This document shows positions 1 to 7,206 of a DNA stretch of 25,518 nt, in pieces; position 1 is the first letter of the stretch, and the number at the start of each line of letters is the position of its first letter. Under the pieces are notes generated by a model. The model saw only the letters and a program-made list of their open reading frames with translations, did not search any database and was not told the DNA's origin. The DNA comes from Kineosporiaceae bacterium (GTDB taxonomy: Bacteria > Actinomycetota > Actinomycetes > Actinomycetales > Kineosporiaceae): the NCBI GenBank assembly GCA_037381765.1, contig JARRQM010000006.1, positions 1-25,518 of the forward strand, written 5' to 3'. Both the position numbers and the translations under genes were made by a program.

Positions 1-65
1 GCGGCACGGCCGTACCGTGCCGCGCACCGGAACCGTGCCAGCGTCCGTCGGCGGCACGGTTCCGG
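1..65. terminator. Two adjacent GC-rich hairpins downstream of the endoglucanase gene (putative terminator or REP-like element)
   Basis: GCGGCACGG (1-9) pairs with CCGTGCCGC (15-23). CCGGAACCGTGCC (27-39) pairs with GGCACGGTTCCGG (53-65). Both share the core GGCACGG/CCGTGCC and lie about 40-105 bp past the minus-strand stop at 106. Confidence 0.5.
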
Positions 66-105
66 CTCCGTTCCGTTGGGCCTGCGGGTCAACCGGCTTG
101 CGGGG

Positions 106-1168
106 CTACCGGTAGTCGAGGACGAAGTCGTTGCAGACGAAGTCGGACCTCCCCGCGGTTCCGGTGAGTTCGAACCCGAACTCCACGTCGTCGATCGTCA
201 CATCGGCCCACCAGCCCTGGGTCCGCAACCAGGTCAGCACGGCCAGCACATCGACATCGCCGGAATTCGTGTCGCCGGTGCGGACGAAGGAGAAGACCGC
301 GTTACTCCCGTTCGAGCCGCGGTAGATGTTCCAGGTGTGCCCGCCGAGCACGACGCCGCTCTCCTCCGGGATCGGCCCGTTCCCGTCGTAGGCCGAGGCG
401 ATCGGGCTCACCGCACCCTGCTGGTTCGTCCAGATCATCACCTCGTAGGCGTGGTTGTCGGCCCAGATGTCGTAGGCCGTCGCGTAGTCGCCATCAGCCG
501 GCACCGACACGTCGAAGGAACTGGTCACTGACCCCAACGCGCTGAGTCTGGTGTTCATCCTCCGTCCAGGAATCCCACTGCCCGGAGGCCACCCAGGCCG
601 CGTCGTCCGGGACGCCACCGGTGGCGGGGCTGGTCACCGGAGTGGTCGGGGTGGTGGAGGTTGTCGTCGAGGTCGGGGTCGACGTGGTGGGGGACGCCGT
701 CGCCGACGGTTCACCCGTGGCCGGTGACGTGACCGGGGCCGTCGGGTCCGGTGTCGTCACCTCGCCGGAGCAGGTCACCCCGTTCAGCCGGAAGCTCGTC
801 GGGTCGGGGTTGCTGCCCGTCCAGGTGCCGAGGAAACCGAAGGACACGTTCCCACCGGTGTCGAGGGACCTGTTGTAGCCGGCGTCGGTCGCGGTGACCC
901 GGGCTCCGTTCTGGGTCGCGGTGGCATTCCAGGCCTGGGTCAGTTCCTGCCCCGCCGGGAAGGACCAGTCCAGGGTCCACGTGTCAACCGGGTCGCCCAG
1001 GTTGTGGATGTCCACGTCGGCACCGAAACCCCCCGGCCACTGCACGGTGGTCCGGTAGGCGACGGTGCACCCGCTGCTCGCCGACGCAGGCAGCGATGTG
1101 ACGATCCCGGTGACGGCCGCGACCGCGGCCACCGTTCCGATCGACAGGACCAACCTCGGATTTCCCAT
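106..1168 (-). pseudogene. Secreted CBM2 + Pro/Thr linker + GH12-like endoglucanase, broken by an internal deletion and frameshift near 560-566
   Basis: GAGGAG precedes ATG 1168. Signal peptide ends ...LPASA. CBM2 pattern present (GCTVAY, QWPGGF, WTLDWSF, QAWNA, LNGVTC), then a P/T linker with PVTSPATG twice. The frame of ORF 494-1273 reaches the catalytic-domain start (GQWDSWT). The rest of the domain (AYDIW, YEVMIW, GGHTWNIY, VFSFVR, FGFEL) lies in the frame of ORF 106-618. Confidence 0.8.
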
Positions 1169-1258
1169 TGCTCTCCTCGTGCTCATGTCCGGTGCCCCGG
1201 CCGCGGACTCGCCTACCTCTATGTCCCCGGTGGACGGGCCGAAGGTTGCCCCGCACCT

Positions 1259-1309
1259 CGAATTCCCGGTCACGGACCCCGTGCTCCGGGGTCCGTGACC
1301 GGGAATTCG
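1259..1309. terminator. Perfect 23-bp inverted repeat with 5-nt loop
   Basis: CGAATTCCCGGTCACGGACCCCG (1259-1281) is the exact reverse complement of 1287-1309, with loop TGCTC. It lies between the propeller gene stop (1453) and the endoglucanase start (1168). No U-tract, which is common in actinobacterial terminators. Confidence 0.7.
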
Positions 1310-1357
1310 GGTACCGGGGTTCGGTCCGCCGGTACCGGCCGGGGTGTGCCGCCCGGG

Positions 1358-1445
1358 TACGTACCCGCTCGCGCGGGGTCACCACCCGGTCACGAGGGCC
1401 CATGTGCTGAAGGAGATACGTACCCGCTCACGCGGGGGTCACCAG
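1358..1445 (+). repeat. Two 28/29-bp direct repeats around a 31-bp spacer; degenerate type I-E CRISPR-repeat-like
   Basis: TACGTACCCGCTCGCGCGGGGTCACCAC (1358-1385) and TACGTACCCGCTCACGCGGGGGTCACCAG (1417-1445), each with an internal CCCGC-N4-GCGGG stem. The repeat itself is certain; the CRISPR origin is only a resemblance. Confidence 0.75.
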
Positions 1446-1452
1446 CAAGCGC

Positions 1453-3135
1453 TCAGAACACCCGGACCTGCACCGCTGAGGACCGGACCCCGTTCCCGTC
1501 CTCGTCGACGACCTGCACCGCGTAGCTGTGCACACCGCTCGGAGCACCGGAGTCGGTCCAGGTCAGCCGCGGGGCCGACCACCAGTAGCTGGTCCCCCGG
1601 AGCGATCCGACCACGATTCCGTCCCGGAAGATGTTGTACGTGAGCTCGGCGTTGTCCCGATCCCAGGCCGCGGTCCAGAACAGGGTGGCGCTGCGGAAAC
1701 CGCTCCAGCCCTGAGGCGTCCCGAGGGCGATCGGCGGGATCTCTCCCGGCGCCTGGCTGCGCACGGCGAACCGGGCCAGTCCCTGCTGCGCCGCGTCGTT
1801 GACCGTGGAGAACTCCCCGCCATAGATCACGTACCCGCCGTCCGCCGCCACCGTCCACGGACCGTTGCAGTAGGTGCAGCCCGCGGGCCCACCGTTGGTG
1901 TTCGGGAACGTGACGAGCATGTCCGGACGCGGCTCACCGAAGGCGGTCCTCCCACGGGCATCCAGGGTCTCGGCGACGATCCTCTGGTACCGCCCGTTCC
2001 CCGTGAACGCCCCCACCCCCATCGCGCCGCAGTCGTGGGAGTGCGAGGCACTGTAGACGACGCCCTCGGAGACGGCGACCGCCTGGGTATCCCCGAGGCA
2101 ACGGTCGTGCCAGATCAGGTTCCCGGTGTCGACGTCCGCGGCCAGCCGCCCCTCGAACCGCCGGGGGCCGCCCGACACATAGTCGAACCCGGAGGCGACG
2201 GCGGTACTCCCCTCGACGGCCACATCGGTGACTGCGGCCCCGGCCGAGACCACGCTGGTACCGACGGTGGAATCCCACGGACCCGCCGAACCGTCGGAGG
2301 CCAGCACCGTCCCCAACCCGTGCCGGCCGGCACCGGACAAGTTCCCGAACCGGCCGCCGACGACGACGCGGGAACGGTCCTGCGACGGTGCCATCGCCCA
2401 TACGTCGTAGTCGCTGGAGGCCGAGAAACCGGGTACGGCCCGACCGGTCAGGTCGACCGCCGTGATGTGCTGCCGGGCCGTGCCGTCGACGCTGGTGAAC
2501 GCGCCGCCGAGGTACACCCGGTCCTCGGTGACCGCGAGGGCCCGGACCCGGGAGGACAGTGCGGGACGGAAGGTGCTGATCATCTCCCCGGTCGCGGTGT
2601 CGAACCCGGCGGCCCGGTAGCGGGGTACGCCGTCGATGGAGGTGAAGTCCCCGCCGACGTAGACCCGGGAGCCGTCCGGAGCCGCCCGGACCCGGAAGAC
2701 GGTGTCGCACACCGTCTGGCCGTTCGGCAGCGAGGTGCAGAAGTCGGCGCTGCCGTTGAACGGGGTCCCGGCCACGACGGGGGCCCAGGGCAGCAGCTCA
2801 CCGGTGGTCAGGTCGAAGGCGAGCAGGTTCGTGCGGGGAACCTCATCGGTGCCGGGGGCCGAACCGTACGGCCGGGCCGAGGTGAACCGGCCCCCCGCGT
2901 AGACGGTGTTTCCCGCGATGGCGACCGAGTACACCGGACCGTTCGTCTGCGGGGCCGGAAGCACATCCGCGCTGATCGTCTCCGGATCCGTCATCCCCGC
3001 CTGGCCCCCGCCACCGACCACCTCCGCGGTCGCGGGTACGGCTGCTACCCCGGTGAGCCCCCCGAGGGTGAGGGCGAGGACCGTAACCCCGACGACACGC
3101 CTCGGGAAACGGTAACCGGTATCCTTGTCCGCCAT
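1453..3135 (-). CDS. Secreted beta-propeller protein with C-terminal FnIII-like domain (about 560 aa; family seen in actinobacterial polysaccharide loci)
   Basis: GGAGG 10 nt before ATG 3135. Signal peptide ...VAAVPATA. Seven repeats of a VYxGGxFTSVxG-type blade (TVYAGGRFTS, RVYVGGDFTSIDG, RVYLGGAFTSVDG, RVVVGGRFGNLSG, TAVASGFDY, VVYSASHSH, YVIYGGEFSTVND). C-terminus ATLFWTAAWDRDNAELTYNIFRDG...HSYAVQVVDEDGN is FnIII-like. Confidence 0.8.
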   Translation of the reverse strand: MADKDTGYRFPRRVVGVTVLALTLGGLTGVAAVPATAEVVGGGGQAGMTDPETISADVLPAPQTNGPVYSVAIAGNTVYAGGRFTSARPYGSAPGTDEVPRTNLLAFDLTTGELLPWAPVVAGTPFNGSADFCTSLPNGQTVCDTVFRVRAAPDGSRVYVGGDFTSIDGVPRYRAAGFDTATGEMISTFRPALSSRVRALAVTEDRVYLGGAFTSVDGTARQHITAVDLTGRAVPGFSASSDYDVWAMAPSQDRSRVVVGGRFGNLSGAGRHGLGTVLASDGSAGPWDSTVGTSVVSAGAAVTDVAVEGSTAVASGFDYVSGGPRRFEGRLAADVDTGNLIWHDRCLGDTQAVAVSEGVVYSASHSHDCGAMGVGAFTGNGRYQRIVAETLDARGRTAFGEPRPDMLVTFPNTNGGPAGCTYCNGPWTVAADGGYVIYGGEFSTVNDAAQQGLARFAVRSQAPGEIPPIALGTPQGWSGFRSATLFWTAAWDRDNAELTYNIFRDGIVVGSLRGTSYWWSAPRLTWTDSGAPSGVHSYAVQVVDEDGNGVRSSAVQVRVF

Positions 3136-3250
3136 ACGATCTCGTCCTCCGCCTGCTCGAAACCCGTGCAGCAACGGTTCTAGCGACTCGCGGCCCGCCG
3201 TGCGGGCAGGACGTGAACTCCCGGTGGAAAGCCAGCAACCGGAGCAGACC

Positions 3251-3277
3251 CTCCGATACCGGACATATTTATCGGAG
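3251..3277. promoter_or_regulatory. 8-bp inverted repeat with AT-rich 11-nt spacer (operator or terminator candidate)
   Basis: CTCCGATA-ccggacatatt-TATCGGAG lies in the 160-bp gap between the flippase-like gene and the propeller gene. Confidence 0.35.
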
Positions 3278-3295
3278 TGATGGGTCCGCCCGCGG

Positions 3296-4666
3296 TCACG
3301 GCAGGCCGACCCCGGGTTCTCCCCTCGCTTCCTTCCCGGACGTCCCTCTCTCCGTTGCCGAACCGGCTCCGGATCCGGGGCCGGGCCCCGGCCCCGGGGA
3401 ACCGAGCAGGGACCGGAGCACCGTCCAGGTCATCGTCAGCGACACGGCACCGAGCAACAACGGGAGAAGCAGCCAGGACGTCGGGGCGACGGCGAGCAGC
3501 ACGAGGCCGCCCGCCACCTGCGCGGCGGCGTCCGCCACCCGCGCCCGCAGCAGCCGGGCCTGGGGCACCAGGACCGCGCCCAGGCTCGTATACGGCATGG
3601 CCACGGCCACCGACAGGACGTACCCGCCCCAGGCTGCGAGCAGCGGAACCAGTGTTTCCGACCCGGTCCGGCCCACCGGGGTTCCCCCGAGGATCCGGGG
3701 GACGGCGAGGACGGCGACCGACACGACGGACATCACCGCGAATGCCGCCACGGCGAGCAGCAACGCGGCCCGGTCCGCGTCCCGGCGCCCCTCGGTCCCG
3801 CCGGTCCGGGCACGTGCGGCGTGCCGGCTCAGCAGATAGGACCCGCCCCCGGCGACCAGCAGCAGTGCCGGAGCCGTGACGATCCTGCCGACCTCCAACA
3901 CGGCCAGGGCCCGGGTCCCGCAGACAGCCAGCACGACGACCCGCAGGAGCAGGAGTACGCCGGGACGCAGCAACCCTTGCACCGCCCTGCTCGCCCCGTA
4001 GCGCAGAACCGCTCCGACCCGGCCGGCCACCGCCGGACCGAGGTAACGTTCCGGCCCCGGCAGGATGCCGACGGCGAGGGCCAGTGCGGCCAGTTGCCCG
4101 ACGATCAGGGCCAGGAAGAAGCGTGTCACCCCCGGTGGCCGCGCCGACAGCGTCGCGGCCACCTCGAGGATGCCGACGACGACCACCAGATGCGTGAGGT
4201 CGACGGCAACCACCCGCCAGAAGTGCAGGCCGGCGATGAGCAGCCGGCGCAGCACGTCCTCCAGTACCCACACCGCGACCAGCAGCCCGAACATCAGGCC
4301 CTCCCCGACCCCGAGGAGACCGCCGGCGACCGGCGCCACGGCGCCGAGGACGGACACCGCGACGAGCACGACGAGCAGGAGCCGGCGCAGCGCCGTCCGG
4401 GTCGCCGGATCGTGCCGGTCCAGAACCGTCAGCGGGTCCCCGATCAGCCCGGTGCTGATCGAGGTGACGACCACCAGCGCGCCGAGGGCGAGGGACAAGG
4501 TGGCGAACACGTGCACGTCGGTCTGCCGCAACGACAGCACGGACACCACGAACGACCCGGCCGCCTGGGAGAACTGGGCCCCGGCCGCGCCGAGGACCGG
4601 GACGGCACGTCGCAGGGCCGTTCCCGGTCTCCGACGCGGCGATCGCCCGGTGCCCAGCAGAACCAT
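3296..4666 (-). CDS. Polytopic membrane protein, Wzx/MATE-like oligosaccharide flippase (456 aa)
   Basis: About 12 hydrophobic segments, with N-terminal QFSQAAGSFVVS...STGLIGDPLTVL. ATG 4666 sits 1 nt after the upstream stop. The assignment relies on topology and operon context. Confidence 0.65.
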   Translation of the reverse strand: MVLLGTGRSPRRRPGTALRRAVPVLGAAGAQFSQAAGSFVVSVLSLRQTDVHVFATLSLALGALVVVTSISTGLIGDPLTVLDRHDPATRTALRRLLLVVLVAVSVLGAVAPVAGGLLGVGEGLMFGLLVAVWVLEDVLRRLLIAGLHFWRVVAVDLTHLVVVVGILEVAATLSARPPGVTRFFLALIVGQLAALALAVGILPGPERYLGPAVAGRVGAVLRYGASRAVQGLLRPGVLLLLRVVVLAVCGTRALAVLEVGRIVTAPALLLVAGGGSYLLSRHAARARTGGTEGRRDADRAALLLAVAAFAVMSVVSVAVLAVPRILGGTPVGRTGSETLVPLLAAWGGYVLSVAVAMPYTSLGAVLVPQARLLRARVADAAAQVAGGLVLLAVAPTSWLLLPLLLGAVSLTMTWTVLRSLLGSPGPGPGPGSGAGSATERGTSGKEARGEPGVGLP

Positions 4667-4667
4667 G

Positions 4668-5126
4668 TCAGGCCGCGTCGCCCCCGGCGCCGTGCAGCCA
4701 GGCCCGCAGCTGCGTGGACGACGTGGACGCGGTGTACGGGAAGTACACCACCCGGGCGCCGACCGTCGCGAGATCCTGTTCCAGGCGCGCCCCCTGCGGC
4801 GTGCCCCGCCAGTCGTCGCCCTTGAACAGGATGTCGAACCGCACCTCGTGCCAGGCCACGAGCTTGTCCGGGGAGGTGTCCACGACGCACAGGTCGACGT
4901 AGGACACCGAATCGACGATCGCCAAGCGCTCCTCCAACGGGATCGCCGGTGCCGTCCGTTTCATCTGCTGCAGTACCTCGTCGGTGGCCACGCCGGCGAC
5001 CAGGTAGTCGCAGGCGCCCCAGGACCGGGCCAGTAGCTGCAGGTGCCCGATGTGGAACAGGTCGTACCCGCCGGGCGCGTACCCGATGACCCCGGTGCGC
5101 CGCCGCCGGGTCCCCGGCGGCCTCAC
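4668..5126 (-). CDS. tagD: Glycerol-3-phosphate cytidylyltransferase-like protein (152 aa)
   Basis: GGYDLFHIGH (HxGH motif), DYLVAGVATDE, EER, YVD, KGDDW and C-terminal TSST all match the TagD pattern. GTG 5126 overlaps the upstream TGA (GTGA). The actual polyol-phosphate substrate is not proven. Confidence 0.85.
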   Translation of the reverse strand: MRPPGTRRRRTGVIGYAPGGYDLFHIGHLQLLARSWGACDYLVAGVATDEVLQQMKRTAPAIPLEERLAIVDSVSYVDLCVVDTSPDKLVAWHEVRFDILFKGDDWRGTPQGARLEQDLATVGARVVYFPYTASTSSTQLRAWLHGAGGDAA

Positions 5127-5872
5127 CGGGCCACCCCGAACGTCACGACCTCGCCGAACCAGCGCGGCAGGGCGAGCGCGGCGAACAGCACGGTCGCGAT
5201 CAGCAGGGCCAGGTAGCCGGCCGCGAACACCGCCGGTGCCCCCCAGAGCAAGAACAGCAGGATCAACACGCCGAAGTCGGTGGGCAGCAGCAGCAGCGAG
5301 CGCACCGTCCCCCGCCTTCCGGCGGCCGCCACCCGTGCGGCGGCCGCATGTTCCCTTCGCATCCGCTCCATCACCCAGGGGGTGAAGAACAGGCCGCTGG
5401 CCAGGACCGCGAACAACACCGGAGCCAGCAGGAGGGCACCGCGTCGGTCCACCCCGTGATACCAGCCGATGAGCACGCTCAGGTGCACGGCGGGAACCTT
5501 GAACGCGTCGATGGTGTGGTCCAGCCACTCCCCCGCCGGGCGGCTGCGCCCGGTCAGCCGGGCCAGCTGACCGTCCGCGGAGTCCAAGGCGTACCCGAGC
5601 ACGAGCGCGGCGGTCACGGCCACCGCACTGAACACACCCACCGGAGCGAATGCGACCAGCACCAGGGCACCCGCCGTGGCCGCCGCACTGAGGATGCTCA
5701 CCTGATCGGGGGTCGCCCCGGCGAGGTGGGCCACGGCGGCGAGCTGGCGGCCCAGACGGCGGTTGACGAACCGGGAGTAGGCCGGCGAGCCGGCACCCGG
5801 GGGTTTCTGCGCCCGGGACAGCTGCTCCAGCACCGCGCGCCGGTCCGGTCGGCCGGCATCGGGCGAGGACAT
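5123..5872 (-). CDS. CDP-alcohol phosphotransferase family membrane protein (249 aa)
   Basis: Signature DSADGQLARLTGRSRPAGEWLDHTID (DxxDGxxAR...GxxxDxxxD), with TPDQVS upstream. ATG 5872 overlaps the upstream stop (TGATG). Confidence 0.9.
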   Translation of the reverse strand: MSSPDAGRPDRRAVLEQLSRAQKPPGAGSPAYSRFVNRRLGRQLAAVAHLAGATPDQVSILSAAATAGALVLVAFAPVGVFSAVAVTAALVLGYALDSADGQLARLTGRSRPAGEWLDHTIDAFKVPAVHLSVLIGWYHGVDRRGALLLAPVLFAVLASGLFFTPWVMERMRREHAAAARVAAAGRRGTVRSLLLLPTDFGVLILLFLLWGAPAVFAAGYLALLIATVLFAALALPRWFGEVVTFGVAR

Positions 5873-7206
5873 CACCACCACCTCCCCGCAGACCCGGCCG
5901 GTCCATCCCCGACCGGTTCCTCCCCGACCGGTTTCTCCCCGGGAGGACCGTCCCCGGCCGGTTCCTCCCCGGCCGGTCTATCCCCGACCGGTTCCTCCCC
6001 GGGAGGACCGTCGGCGGACGGTTCTGCCCCGGCCCGTTCCTCCGTTGGCGATTCCTCCTCGACCCGCCCCTTCTGCTCCGGTGTCTGCGCGGCCGGCCCG
6101 GACCCCGGCGACGCCGGTCCGAAGGATGCCTGTCCGTTCTGCGCGGCCGGCCCGGACCCCGGCGACGTCGGTCCAAAGGATGTCTGTCCGTCCGGAACCG
6201 GTCCGGCCGGGGCTAGCCGGGCCGGGCCGGTACCGCGACGCCGCGGCCCTCCGGCGGGCACCCTCTCGGCGAGGACGTACCCGAGCACGACGGTGAGCAG
6301 CACGCCGACGGCCGCCCCGGTGGCCATCCCCCGGAACAGCGTCGCCCGCAGATCGGACGGCAAGATCCGGGCGGGCACCACGAACCGGGTGCCGTCCATG
6401 GCCGTGGAGGCGTCCACGGCGGCCTGGGCGGCACGGGATTGCAGGGCGGTCACCGTCTGCGCCACCGCACTCGCGTTGACCTCATCGGACAGCTCACCTG
6501 AGTCGGACCGGGACAGTGCGGCGATCGCCTCGTTCACCGCCTTCGTCTGGGCGGCGACCTGGGCCCGCAGATCCGCACGGGTGAGGTCCCGGTAGACGGC
6601 CACGACCGTGTCCGCGATCGCGGCCGCCTCCGCACCGCTGTCCGCCACGGCGGTAATGTCGATCACCGCCCCGGAATCGGACACCACCGCCGTGACCCGG
6701 TCCCGCAGGTCGTCCGGGTCGTAGACGAGCCGCTGCTCGCGCAACCGGGTGGAGACCTGCACCAGAACCTCCTGCGACACCGCGTAGACAGCCCGTTGCT
6801 CGGTATAGGTCCGGAAACTCGCCTCGGAGGTAACCCCCTGTCGCAGCACGGTGTTGCCCCGCGGGTCGAGGACGGCGATCTGCGCCGTAGCCGTCGGGGC
6901 GGGCCGCAACAGCAGGGCGCCACCGGCGCCCAACAACACGGCACCGAGCAGCACCCCGACCACCAGCCACCGGAACCACAGCAGCGCCTGCACCAGGCTG
7001 ATGTCCGGGCCCGCAGCACCGGAGGCACCCCGCGCCGGCCCCGCCGCGGCCGACAGGCCCCGGATGGCCAGGGCCTCGTCCCGGCCCGGAAGCAACGCCC
7101 GGGCCGGCCAGACCTCCCCCACGTGCACGGCGTGCCGCTTGGGCCGCCCGTCATGGCGTGCCGGCAACACCTCATCTACCGGATGCACGTCGTCAACCCC
7201 CCTCAT
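5872..7206 (-). CDS. Wzz/CapA-like polysaccharide co-polymerase without a kinase domain (444 aa)
   Basis: TM1 WFRWLVVGVLLGAVLLGAGGALLL and TM2 GMATGAAVGVLLTVVLGYVL flank an extracytoplasmic region with SDSGAVIDITAVADSGAEAAAIADTVVAVY and a helical stretch. No Walker A or Tyr cluster. ATG 7206 overlaps the GT stop (ATGA). Confidence 0.7.
   Translation of the reverse strand: MRGVDDVHPVDEVLPARHDGRPKRHAVHVGEVWPARALLPGRDEALAIRGLSAAAGPARGASGAAGPDISLVQALLWFRWLVVGVLLGAVLLGAGGALLLRPAPTATAQIAVLDPRGNTVLRQGVTSEASFRTYTEQRAVYAVSQEVLVQVSTRLREQRLVYDPDDLRDRVTAVVSDSGAVIDITAVADSGAEAAAIADTVVAVYRDLTRADLRAQVAAQTKAVNEAIAALSRSDSGELSDEVNASAVAQTVTALQSRAAQAAVDASTAMDGTRFVVPARILPSDLRATLFRGMATGAAVGVLLTVVLGYVLAERVPAGGPRRRGTGPARLAPAGPVPDGQTSFGPTSPGSGPAAQNGQASFGPASPGSGPAAQTPEQKGRVEEESPTEERAGAEPSADGPPGEEPVGDRPAGEEPAGDGPPGEKPVGEEPVGDGPAGSAGRWW
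5906..6010. repeat. Seven tandem 15-bp units coding G-[ED]-x-P-[VAP] pentapeptides
   Basis: Units begin TCCCC at 5906, 5921, 5936, 5951, 5966, 5981 and 5996. The units at 5936 and 5996 are identical (TCCCCGGGAGGACCG). Confidence 0.9.
6085..6192. repeat. 54-bp tandem duplication (18 aa, about GQxSFGPxSPGSGPAAQ twice)
   Basis: 6085-6138 and 6139-6192 differ at 4 positions. Confidence 0.9.

Noticed and set aside
556-563. Independent start at ATG 558 for the GH12 C-terminal fragment
   Set aside because: GGAGG abuts the ATG with zero spacing, there is no signal peptide, and the fold would lack its N-terminal strands.
1169-1452. CelR/CebR operator upstream of the endoglucanase
   Set aside because: No TGGGAGCGCTCCCA or close variant was seen.
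3155-3185. GAAACCCGTGCAGCAAC as part of a ydaO (c-di-AMP) riboswitch
   Set aside because: Partial resemblance only, on the strand opposite to the flanking genes, and the other conserved blocks are missing.
4668-5126. Wall teichoic acid (tag) operon
   Set aside because: No TagA, TagB, TagF or TagGH homologues are present. The neighbours are Wzx/Wzy/Wzz-type genes.
5906-6010. Collagen-like or phage-type repeat
   Set aside because: The Gly period is 5, not 3, and no phage or mobile-element genes are present in the window.
4668-6176. 502-aa ORF as an extended cytidylyltransferase
   Set aside because: Only the last 152 codons look like protein. The rest overlaps the CDP-alcohol transferase and wzz genes out of frame.
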